From contig JBAZED010000007.1 in the NCBI GenBank assembly GCA_041654095.1, positions 585 to 64,584 on the forward strand: 64,000 nucleotides of DNA, written 5' to 3'. This stretch comes from Bacilli bacterium (lineage in GTDB: Bacteria; Bacillota_I; Bacilli_A; RFN20; CAG-826). A program made the position numbers and the translations under genes. The notes beneath the pieces were generated by a model, which made no database searches, had not been told where the DNA came from, and worked only from the letters and a program-made list of their open reading frames with translations. Each line of letters opens with the position of its first letter. The first letter of the stretch is position 1. Positions 1 to 8,400 of this stretch are shown in pieces.

Positions 1-417
1 AGGTTTAGCAAAGCTTACGTGACTAAAATAGTTAATCAGGTTAAAGCAATTGAAAAAATAATCCTTGAACATGGAGATGACTGGACTTTTATCTATGGAG
101 ATTGGAAATACACTATTTCTTTAAACAATAATTCCAAAGCATTGTTATATTTAGATCCACCATATGTAAATAGACATGCAACATATAAAGATGACTGGAC
201 ACCATCCAATAACGAATCATTATTTGAATTCTTACTTAATACAAATCAAAAGTTCATTTTATCTAACTGGTTTGGAAACAGTTATAGAACAAACGAAGAA
301 ATAAATATATTTAAAAATGAAAAGTTTTCGATAAAAACTGTAACTCATTTTTATCATCTTGGTGGAAAATTAGAAAACAGAAACTCCATGGAAGAATGCG
401 TGATTATAAACTTCTAA
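1..417 (+). CDS. N6-adenine DNA methyltransferase, Dam/M.EcoRV-like (D12 class), C-terminal part; 5' end cut by window start
   Basis: Reading frame is open from nt 1 with no upstream stop inside the window. DPPY catalytic motif (LYLDPPYVNRH) typical of amino-MTases sits ~85 aa from the C-terminus, as in Dam. Its stop overlaps the stop of a convergent EcoRV-like REase gene. Confidence 0.75.
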   Translation, partial: RFSKAYVTKIVNQVKAIEKIILEHGDDWTFIYGDWKYTISLNNNSKALLYLDPPYVNRHATYKDDWTPSNNESLFEFLLNTNQKFILSNWFGNSYRTNEEINIFKNEKFSIKTVTHFYHLGGKLENRNSMEECVIINF

Positions 418-1172
418 TGGGTTTGTTTATAAACAAAATATTCTTGTAGATTACGAAATTTAATGTCGTTTTCTCTATATTTTGGATAATTGCGCCAATA
501 ATCTTCAAATACCGAGTTTCCTAAAGTGGAAAATGGACCATTGCCGTTTATAAAATCATTTATGTTTGAAGACTTAAATGTACCAATGTTCTCCGTGTTT
601 CCGCTGCCAGGCTTATCGCCGGCTATTTTGTACTTTTCTTGCATAAAGTACTCCACATTTCTATATGGAGGTAGTATTTGATCGTAAATACTATTAATTG
701 TCCCTGGTCTAGTTCCGTTTACACGATCGTATACAAAACCAATAACATAATGTTTTATGTACTCATTATAGTGATATGCAATATTCTTTGTTCCATTTCT
801 TAAAAATGAAGCATAGGATCCCAGGGTGAAATTATACGGAGATATTTGATTGTTATTAGTATATTTTCTATATGTTGTTTTAACATCGACAGCAATTTTT
901 CCATTTGGAGTAAAGATAGTGAAATCTGGATATACCGTTTGAGATTCAGTCTCCTCCAATCTCCAATTCAAAGTTCTACAAATATCTTCTAGTATGTTAA
1001 ACGTAAGCAGTTCGAAAATCCTACCAATTAGTTTTGAATCACTGCCAAGAGAAATAACAACATTTTGTCGAGCAAAAAGGCCCAATATTTCGAATGAGTT
1101 TAACTTTGCTTTGGCACTAAACAAATTAATTAATAAATCTTTGTTTTCCATTAGTTCTCCATTTTTGCACAT
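414..1172 (-). CDS. Type II restriction endonuclease, EcoRV family (predicted GATATC specificity)
   Basis: 252 aa. Blocks GSDSKLIGRIFELLT, VYPDFTIFTPNGKIAVDVKTTY, FTLGSYASFLRNGTKNIAYHYNEYIKHYVIGFVYDRV, IAGDKPGSGNTENIGT and DYWRNYPKY align along the whole length with R.EcoRV as I recall it. The catalytic E, D of PD, and D-x-K of VDVK are conserved, as is the GNTxNIG recognition loop. Confidence 0.85.
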   Translation of the reverse strand: MCKNGELMENKDLLINLFSAKAKLNSFEILGLFARQNVVISLGSDSKLIGRIFELLTFNILEDICRTLNWRLEETESQTVYPDFTIFTPNGKIAVDVKTTYRKYTNNNQISPYNFTLGSYASFLRNGTKNIAYHYNEYIKHYVIGFVYDRVNGTRPGTINSIYDQILPPYRNVEYFMQEKYKIAGDKPGSGNTENIGTFKSSNINDFINGNGPFSTLGNSVFEDYWRNYPKYRENDIKFRNLQEYFVYKQTH

Positions 1173-1637
1173 AAATATAAAAAGATTTACGTGCTTTTTT
1201 CAATTTATTATATTTTAACAGCAGAAGAGGACAAAAGGTGAACAAATGTATTTAACAATTATAAACATTTATCTTTTAATAGATAATGAGAATACATTAT
1301 CTCTTATTACATTAACAATGGATTAAAACAAAATAGAACGGGTTGAACAATTGAACGATTAGAGGGTGGGGGTTGCACGATTGAACGATTACCGCTAGCA
1401 ATGTATTAAATCAAACAATCTTTGCCATCTAAGAATGATAGGATTGATACGCAAGTGTCAGTCCTTTATTTTCTGTAAATCATGACAACCTATCTCTATG
1501 TCTTTTCATTAATTGAGTAATTTTTTTGTTCCTAACATATAAATACGCGACAATCATCTGGAATTGTATTAAAATGTGTGTACAAGTGCCGTACATTTGT
1601 TATAATTAGCATGCTAGAGGTGTGAAGGAGAATATTT

Positions 1638-1892
1638 ATGGCAATAGCTTTAAAAGAAAAACGCATTGAATTTCGCGTTCCGAATGATAAAAAGAAAACA
1701 ATTGAAGAAGCAGCAAAGCTCGCAAATGTTTCTGTATCATCTTATGTTATTAATGTGGTCTATAAACAAGCCAAGATTGATTTAGAGCAAAATGAGATTG
1801 TCACTTTGATGAACAGCGAAAGAGACTCTCTCATGGAAGCCCTTAAAAATCCGCCAAAACCAAATGAGGCATTAAGGGCATTGTTTAAATGA
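1638..1892 (+). CDS. DUF1778-family (TacA/AtaR-like, RHH) antitoxin
   Basis: 84 aa with the pattern ...ERDxIxxAAKxxGxSxSxFVxxAA...PNEALRALFK typical of DUF1778 antitoxins paired with GNAT toxins. Good SD (AAGGAG) and TATAAT upstream. Overlaps the downstream GNAT gene by ATGA. Confidence 0.8.
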   Translation: MAIALKEKRIEFRVPNDKKKTIEEAAKLANVSVSSYVINVVYKQAKIDLEQNEIVTLMNSERDSLMEALKNPPKPNEALRALFK

Positions 1893-2380
1893 TTCTAAGA
1901 CCTATTGAGGAAGTAAGCGAAAAAGACCTGAAATCCTTTTCGTGTGGAAATATTGACCTCGATGATTTTCTTAGAAAATACGCTTTCAACAATGACAAAA
2001 AAGGTTTTGGCCGAACATTTTTATTAGAAGACATGAATGAAATTGTGGGGTTTTTCACTTTGTGCAGCGCTTCAATTAAGTACCAAGAGCTACCTGACTA
2101 TGATTCTGCATCACTCCCTAAATATCCAATTCCGTGCATCAAAATTGCTCGATTAGGTGTTAAAAAAGAAAAGCAGCGAAAAGGATACGGGAAAGCATTA
2201 TTAAAGGAAGCATTTTTGAAAATCTTGAGTGTGGTAAACATCATTGGGATTAGATTAGTATTAGTCGATGCCAAGGAGTCATCTGCATCATTCTATGAAC
2301 AATTTGGTTTCCGCAAATTGCAAGAAGAGAAGTTGTCTTTCTTTTTGTTGGTTGACACTTTAAAACAAATTGAATTTTGA
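1889..2380 (+). CDS. GNAT-family acetyltransferase toxin (TacT/AtaT/KacT-like, aminoacyl-tRNA acetylating)
   Basis: 163 aa. Resembles TacT: GFFTL, PIPCIKIARLGVKKEKQRKGYGKALL (acetyl-CoA binding Q/RxxGxG/A), GIRLVLVDAKESSASFYEQFGF. Translationally coupled to the DUF1778 gene. Confidence 0.8.
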   Translation: MILRPIEEVSEKDLKSFSCGNIDLDDFLRKYAFNNDKKGFGRTFLLEDMNEIVGFFTLCSASIKYQELPDYDSASLPKYPIPCIKIARLGVKKEKQRKGYGKALLKEAFLKILSVVNIIGIRLVLVDAKESSASFYEQFGFRKLQEEKLSFFLLVDTLKQIEF

Positions 2381-2585
2381 TCGCCCTGCCTTATTAACGG
2401 GATTCGAACCATTGGTTCCTGTTTTATACCTCGTAAACCATTCAATTTATTGACGGCTAATACCGGGTCTAAATGGCTAATATTAAAGTGAAAGTGTCGA
2501 CTTTGTATCAAAATTGAACACTTATGCCATCTCTTATAAAAACCGGTGATGAAATGAGATGAGACCTGTTTGTTAGACTCGTTGA

Positions 2586-3389
2586 TTAACATACTATTTG
2601 AATCGAGGACTGTTGTCTATACATATATGGCGACAGTCCTTTTGTTTTTACCATTATACGTTCTAAGTTGTAATATTTGATGTATTCGTGAATAGCTTGT
2701 TCTAATTGTTCTAGGGTTTGAAATTCGTGTTCATGACCATAGAACATTTCATTTTTCATCACGCCAAAGAAGTTTTCCATCGGTGAATTGTCCAAACAAT
2801 TGCCTTTTCTTGACATCGATTGTCGTATCCCCCGATGCTCAAGTTCCTTATGATAATGAGACATTTGATATTGCCATCCTTGATCACTATGGAAGATTAA
2901 TCCTTCAAGGTTGTCATACTTATCCATCGCTTTTCTTAACATATCTCTGGTTTGGTAGTAATTTGGATTTCTTGATTGATTGTAGGATACAATCTCACGA
3001 TTATGCATATCGAGAATTGGTGATAAATAAAGTTTTCCTGCTGCTATATGGAATTCAGAGACATCCGTTGTCCACTTTTGATTGCATGCCTTGGTCATAA
3101 AGTCTCGTTCGTAAATGGTCTTGTGGTTGATTTCATCCACAACTTTTTGAAGAAGCAGATTTTCACATGTTCCATGTTGATCCCCTTTATAGGATTTATA
3201 TTTCCCTCGAGGAGTCATCCCATGGATACCTAGTGAATTCATAATTCGTTTAATCTTCTTATGATTCACTGGATAGCCACGATTCGCTAGTTCCAATTGA
3301 ATCCTTCGATAACCGTATCTACCTTTGTTTTGACGGTATATTTCAACGATTTGCTTGATGATTTCTTCGTTTTTCCCATCTTTATTCAC
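2586..3389 (-). CDS. IS3-family transposase OrfB (DDE integrase core); expressed as OrfAB by -1 frameshift
   Basis: rve-type motifs HSDQGWQY and DNSPMENFFGVMKNE. The OrfB frame is open upstream to the orfA stop (no stops between 3389 and 3487), so a -1 slip at aaa-aag gives the OrfAB fusion. Confidence 0.85.
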   Translation of the reverse strand: MNKDGKNEEIIKQIVEIYRQNKGRYGYRRIQLELANRGYPVNHKKIKRIMNSLGIHGMTPRGKYKSYKGDQHGTCENLLLQKVVDEINHKTIYERDFMTKACNQKWTTDVSEFHIAAGKLYLSPILDMHNREIVSYNQSRNPNYYQTRDMLRKAMDKYDNLEGLIFHSDQGWQYQMSHYHKELEHRGIRQSMSRKGNCLDNSPMENFFGVMKNEMFYGHEHEFQTLEQLEQAIHEYIKYYNLERIMVKTKGLSPYMYRQQSSIQIVC

Positions 3390-3484
3390 TTTTTTAATGG
3401 TATAGAAGAACGTTGCTTTTGGTACTCGAGAGATTTTTAGAAGAACTTTTAATGGGAAATACTGCCTTAATTCGACGATAACCG

Positions 3485-3979
3485 CTACTTTTTCTTCGGT
3501 TGTCGGTCCTTCCTTATTTGAACTAAGGCACTTAGTTTTTTTAGATATTCTACCTCCGCATGTAGCTCTTCATTTTCTCGTTCTAATTCAGTCTGGGTTT
3601 TTGGTTGATTGGGTGGTTTTGGTTTCTTTGCCATTTTAGGTGGTCTCCCTCGATGGTCTAATTTTAACCCATCCACACCTGAACGTTGATAGATTTTGTA
3701 CCATTTTGAAAGTAAATTCCCTTGAATGCCATTGGCTAAAGCTACACTTCTAATCGACCGTCCTTCCAAAACTAATTGAATCATTCCAAACTTATCGACC
3801 CATGTTCGTTTTTGTACTCTATGTTCTAGCCCGACTTCACCTAACGCATCAAACATTCCTACCCAATTTAAAACAGATTTGTAAAATGTATCGCGTTTGC
3901 AATCACCTGGATAATCTATCGGTATACCGTCTTTATACTTTCTTACACACTCTAATTTAAATTCTTTTGTAAACTTCAT
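3485..3979 (-). CDS. IS3-family transposase OrfA (HTH/leucine zipper)
   Basis: 164 aa with a basic helix-turn-helix N-terminus, coiled-coil LERENEELHAEVEYLKKL, and ending ...RQPKKK at an AAG-AAA-AAG slippery sequence. Confidence 0.85.
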   Translation of the reverse strand: MKFTKEFKLECVRKYKDGIPIDYPGDCKRDTFYKSVLNWVGMFDALGEVGLEHRVQKRTWVDKFGMIQLVLEGRSIRSVALANGIQGNLLSKWYKIYQRSGVDGLKLDHRGRPPKMAKKPKPPNQPKTQTELERENEELHAEVEYLKKLSALVQIRKDRQPKKK

Positions 3980-4059
3980 AGAAAAAAGACCCTCCTGTTA
4001 GTTGGTCTAACATTTGGGTCTCACTTCATGCATCTCTCGGTTTTTGTTTTGCTTGTTTT

Positions 4060-5175
4060 TTAGATTTCGTCGAGGTCGCCAAAATCCTCCTCGTAATCTT
4101 CGTCGTCTTCCTGCTCGGGGTCGTCGCCGCGATGGCCGTTTCCACCGTGTCCATCTCCACCGTGTTCGCCATGGTGATTTCCACCGCCGTCGTGGTGGTA
4201 GGCGTTTCCGCCTGAGAAGAAGTATTCTAAGACTTCTTGACCCAAGTCATCGACGGTCACATAAATGTGGATGGTGCCTTTTCCTTCCGGCGTCATAAAG
4301 CGGATTTTGTAGTAGACGCCATCATCCGTGGCTTCTTGGCGGAACGAGTATTTTTCGCGGACTTGGCCCGCTCTCTCTTCCAATTTGAGAATTGTGGCGT
4401 TGTCTTCGACTTTGATCATGACTTTCTTTTCGGTGATCAGCACGTTGTGATTTCTTAAAAAGTAGTGGAATCGCTGCGTGTTTTCTTCGCTGAGGTGCGA
4501 GATGCGGAGAACGCGCCCATCGTCAGCTTGGGCCCGGAAACCGAATCTGATCTCATCTTCATCGACTAAGCGATAACCTCTCACGATGAATTCTTCTTCC
4601 CCGATAACGACGATACCTTCTAGAAGGGTGGATTCATCGTCGCTGCGCGGATCTTCGCGATGGCGGTAATTTCCGCTATGGTCGCTCTCTTCGACTTCTT
4701 CTTCGACAATCGTCGTTTCGCCCGTATCGTCGATGTCGTCATCAACTTCGGTCTCATCTTCGATGACGACTTCGTTGAAATAGAGGACGAACGTCGATTG
4801 GACCTTGTCGATGTCAGTCGTCGTTATCGTAATTTGGAAAACATATTCGGGGCGGTCGCTGACTTCCGCCATCGCGACATCCAACACGCCTTCTTCGGTT
4901 AATTCCTTATAGAGATTCAAATAGCGGTTGACGATTTCCAACTCATCGTCCGCCGTATCTTCCTCATCAGCTTGGCGCAGGGCTTGCGGGGTGCTGACAA
5001 CGCCTATTTCTTCAAGCATGCGGATTCCGGTATAGGCTGCGAAAGCATATTGAGTATTGGTATTTCGCAAATTGATCACGGGTTCGTTTTCGACGGTGTG
5101 GGCCGTCGGCGAAAAACTGCAAGCAGCAAGCACGAAAACGCTAGCGGCGACTAAGAGCGGTTTAAATATTTTCAT
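4060..5175 (-). CDS. Acidic lipoprotein with His/Gly-rich C-terminal tail (hypothetical)
   Basis: Signal peptide plus lipobox (VLAACS). Very acidic (D/E runs). C-terminus is GGNAYHHDGGGNHHGEHGGDGHGGNGHRGDD, possibly metal-binding. High GC, unlike the upstream islet. Confidence 0.55.
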   Translation of the reverse strand: MKIFKPLLVAASVFVLAACSFSPTAHTVENEPVINLRNTNTQYAFAAYTGIRMLEEIGVVSTPQALRQADEEDTADDELEIVNRYLNLYKELTEEGVLDVAMAEVSDRPEYVFQITITTTDIDKVQSTFVLYFNEVVIEDETEVDDDIDDTGETTIVEEEVEESDHSGNYRHREDPRSDDESTLLEGIVVIGEEEFIVRGYRLVDEDEIRFGFRAQADDGRVLRISHLSEENTQRFHYFLRNHNVLITEKKVMIKVEDNATILKLEERAGQVREKYSFRQEATDDGVYYKIRFMTPEGKGTIHIYVTVDDLGQEVLEYFFSGGNAYHHDGGGNHHGEHGGDGHGGNGHRGDDPEQEDDEDYEEDFGDLDEI

Positions 5176-5292
5176 ATATTAGATCTCCTACTATATAAAT
5201 GACCAAGAACGTAAATTTGATTACATTATTTAGAAAATTTAAAAAGGAGATTTACATCTCCTTATTATTTTTGTTCCAAGCGTTTTCTCGGA

Positions 5293-6411
5293 TTACATCG
5301 CCGGTTTGAGCGATTTCATCGACATCCACATGATGCGGATGCCGATTAGCATGATGAACATCATCGGCGCGTATTGCGCGAATATGAAGCCGCCGATCAT
5401 CGCTAAGACGGACGGAGCGAACGACGCCCAATAGGAAATCTTCTGCGTCTCCCAGAAAGTGTAGATGCGGAAGGGGTTTTTCTTGCCGCGCGTCAAGATG
5501 AAAATCATCAAACCCATGAAAGCGATCAATCCCACATCGACGCCGAGGAAGATCAGCGTCAAGTTGCGCGCCGTGCTCATTTTGGTGACGTAATGCAAAT
5601 CGTCGTAAGCATCATCCCAAGCATAAAAGACTTGGTCCCGATATTTTTCTAAAGTGACCGCGCCTCCGACTTCGGAGAATTTCGCGTCGTGGCTCGTCAC
5701 ATATGTGACATTGTCGACGACCGCCGTCGCTAAGCTCTTAAAATTAAAGCCCAAGGGCAGAGTGAGATAATCGCCGCTGATGGTGGTGACGGCGGTGGAA
5801 TTGTCGGGTTGATAAAAGGCTCCGATCATCTGCTTGCGGCCAAAGAGGAGAAAGCTAATCGTCCGCGGGCTGGCATCGGGATCGCGGGGTAGGCCGTTGA
5901 TTGGACTCTCGTTTTTTTGAACGTGATCGACATAAGTGGCGTATTCATCGCCGACCGTATTCGTGAAATAGACTTCGAAGTCGATATCGCCGTCGTTATT
6001 GAGATGGACATATTGATTGAAGATGTTGTCCTCGCCGCTGTGGACGCTGTTCCAACGCTCCTGGTCGACATTCAGGTAGCGCTCATTTTCGATTTCGTTG
6101 ACGCTCATCGACAAATTGTTGTCTTGGAGGTGATCGCTGAAAGCGACGATGGCATTATCGTAGTTGTAGACGTAGTTATTATCGGTAAAATCCGAACCGT
6201 TGACTTTCAAGGCGTTGACCATGATGGGAAGAGTGGCCAAGATGACCGACAAGACGACGAAGATCACGGCAAAAAACCATCTCTTGGTTCTCCCGCCTTC
6301 TATACAAGCATCATTGTTGATGAGGCTTTTTAAGATTAATTTAAAGTTTTTCATATTTTTCACTAATTCCAATCGCTTACATAGTTTATTATATATAAGT
6401 CCCTTTTTCAA
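5293..6411 (-). CDS. Hypothetical membrane protein (N-terminal TM, large extracytoplasmic domain, C-terminal TM bundle)
   Basis: 372 aa ORF. Topology resembles ABC-2/YhgE-like permease-type proteins, but no diagnostic motif recognised. Confidence 0.45.
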   Translation of the reverse strand: MKKGLIYNKLCKRLELVKNMKNFKLILKSLINNDACIEGGRTKRWFFAVIFVVLSVILATLPIMVNALKVNGSDFTDNNYVYNYDNAIVAFSDHLQDNNLSMSVNEIENERYLNVDQERWNSVHSGEDNIFNQYVHLNNDGDIDFEVYFTNTVGDEYATYVDHVQKNESPINGLPRDPDASPRTISFLLFGRKQMIGAFYQPDNSTAVTTISGDYLTLPLGFNFKSLATAVVDNVTYVTSHDAKFSEVGGAVTLEKYRDQVFYAWDDAYDDLHYVTKMSTARNLTLIFLGVDVGLIAFMGLMIFILTRGKKNPFRIYTFWETQKISYWASFAPSVLAMIGGFIFAQYAPMMFIMLIGIRIMWMSMKSLKPAM

Positions 6412-6421
6412 ACACTATTAA

Positions 6422-6967
6422 ATGTCTTTGGTGGTTGCTAATTGGCGTTGTTTAATCTATATTAATGCGGAGATGGATGTGAACAGGAAATTACGTTTGA
6501 TTCAATCTACGAAGTGGATAGCCGTTTTGCTCTCCATCTTTTCGCTCGTCACGATCGCGTTTCCGTTCGCGAGCGAGACGCTGCTCGACGGCACTGCTGT
6601 GCACTATCCCACTTGGATCGCCGTTTTCGGCGGGGAATTCGCCTTTAGCGACGCGACTCATGATTACACGATGAATTTTCACATCAATATCTATTTGCTG
6701 GTCACCTACCAACTCGCCGGATTGAGCTGCTTGGCCTTCTTCTTATCAAATCGCAAAAAGACGAATCTGATCTTTGCTTTGGTGATGGCTTTCATCAGTA
6801 TGTTTGCGATGATCTTCATGCCGTTCATCGTCACCTTTGCCACGCCCGGATTCGTGGCGGCCAACACGCAGATAAGCTATGGTCCGATCTTAGGCGCTTC
6901 GGCCTTACTCATCACGCAAATTATCGCGCTCTTCCACATCTTGGTGGATGATCGGTTTAATCGGTAA
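6422..6967 (+). CDS. Small hypothetical integral membrane protein
   Basis: 181 aa ORF with 4-5 hydrophobic segments. Start may be the internal Met (MDVNRK, ~6470). Confidence 0.4.
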   Translation: MSLVVANWRCLIYINAEMDVNRKLRLIQSTKWIAVLLSIFSLVTIAFPFASETLLDGTAVHYPTWIAVFGGEFAFSDATHDYTMNFHINIYLLVTYQLAGLSCLAFFLSNRKKTNLIFALVMAFISMFAMIFMPFIVTFATPGFVAANTQISYGPILGASALLITQIIALFHILVDDRFNR

Positions 6968-7027
6968 TGCGCCCGTGTTCAGCCTTTTTCAACATCAGCG
7001 ACAGTTACGAGGCAAGATATCTCACTT

Positions 7028-8306
7028 ATGAAAATGCTTAATAAATCGATTTTGCTATTGGCCGTTGCTGCTTTTTTGCTCTCGGGTTGTGGACGTGAAG
7101 AAATATCATCAAAATACATCGAGCAGCGAGACGAGTTTAAACGCTTCCTCCTCGTCCTCCTCGTCAACAAGCACGCCGGTGGACCCGAGCGCGCCCAATC
7201 CCGAAAACCCCAAAGCCGTCGCGACCACCGTTCAAGCCTTGGCGCAGAAAAGAGCCTCGGATGCAAAGATTCTTTATCGCGTGACGGGAATAGCACAATA
7301 TGCCGGCTATTATAAAAAAGGATACTTTGATTTAGTCGACAACGGGTGGACGATCGTCGCCTATGGCGTCAGCAGCAAAAATACGTGCATCACCTTATCA
7401 GGCACAACTTATTCGTACACGAATAATGATTCGTTCGGAAGCGCGGGTATTCGCGCCGGAGACGAGATAACCCTCGAGGGTATTTTTACATACTATTCGT
7501 ACACGAGCAGTTACGGCGTTCCAGAATTTTCCGGTTACCCGACGCGAATCGTCAGCAAAGGTCTGAGCGCTGTGGCACCGAAGTCATACACCAGCCCCGA
7601 AACCTATTCAGGCACTTACTACAATTCCATTACGGCGGCCGATAGCGGAAGTTCACTCGGCACAAAACTTCACAACCTAATGATGTCGACGCACACCACA
7701 TACGTCTCTTATTCAAGCCTCGACACGACGCTCAAGACAACCGACAGCAAATGTTTTTACTCCGGGCAGAACTACACCGATTTCAATAAAGAGCACGTCT
7801 GGCCGCAAGCTAAATCCAAAGACGGTTCGGTGCAACTTTTTGGAAAGACGTATGCCGGGTCTGATATCCATCATATTCGAGCCGCGATCGAAACTTATAA
7901 CTCAAATCGCGGAAGCTCGATGTTCGCCCCGATCTTTGGCGCTCCGCAAACAATGTCTTTTTCGGGCGGTGGCGTTGTGAAATTCGGCTCCGGCAATAAC
8001 TACGGAGTGACCGAACCCGCCGATGCGATGAAAGGCGATGTCGCGCGAATTATCATGTATGTCTACACGCATTACGGCACGGATTTTGGTGGCACGACGA
8101 GAACCGGCGTGACCGGCAAACTGTATATTACGGGCGTTATCGGGGCTAACAGCCAATCAGATTGTTACAAGCTGCTTCGCAAATGGAATGCCGAAGATCC
8201 AGTCAGCAGCGAAGAAACCAATCGCAACAATATTGCTTTTCAAAAGCAGGGAAACCGCAATCCATTTATCGATTTTCCCAGCTTTGCTGATCGGATTTGG
8301 AATTAA
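7028..8306 (+). CDS. Extracellular nuclease, endonuclease I family (EndA/Bsn-like) lipoprotein; frameshifted between signal peptide and mature domain
   Basis: Frame A (7028-) encodes a lipoprotein signal MKMLNKSILLLAVAAFLLSGCG. Frame B (7065-8306) encodes a Ser-rich linker plus a domain with EHVWPQA and QGNRNPFIDFP motifs of the endonuclease I family. Removing one A at aaaa 7111-7114 joins them (…CGREEISSNTSSSETS…). Confidence 0.7.
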
Positions 8307-8400
8307 ACGCACTTAACAAAGTACATCTCGATGCGATTTGTTGCTTGCATCTTTTTGTTATGCTAAGATTACTACGCTTATGGAAGACATAAGCCAACAT

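Larger units (their letters stand above)
2555..4028 (-). mobile_element. IS3-family insertion sequence (~1.47 kb) with orfA/orfB and -1 frameshift site
   Basis: Imperfect terminal inverted repeats: TGAGATGAGACCtgtttGTTAGAC at 2555-2578, and rc of 4005-4028 = TGAAGTGAGACCcaaatGTTAGAC (TG..CA ends). Contains HTH OrfA and DDE OrfB with an AAAAAG slippery site. No target-site duplication found. Confidence 0.8.

Noticed and set aside
994-1218. 74-aa plus-strand ORF inside the EcoRV-like gene
   Set aside because: It lies antisense within a well-supported CDS and has no RBS or motif, so it is a shadow ORF.
2381-2470. Intact tRNA gene on the minus strand
   Set aside because: Only a T-loop-like GGTTCGAATCC core is present. 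The flanking bases do not form T-stem or acceptor-stem pairing, and there is no anticodon arm.
4014-4298. Arg-rich 94-aa ORF (and 4237..4458, 4660..4902, 4972..5154) antisense to the acidic lipoprotein gene
   Set aside because: They arise from the GC-rich, acidic-codon gene on the opposite strand (GAC/GAG read as RR/SS on the antisense). No start context.
7065-7100. TTG-initiated start of the nuclease ORF as the genuine start
   Set aside because: The resulting N-terminus (MLLFCSRVVDVKKYH) is not a signal peptide, whereas an exported endonuclease-I nuclease needs one. The in-frame lipoprotein signal lies 1 nt out of frame upstream.
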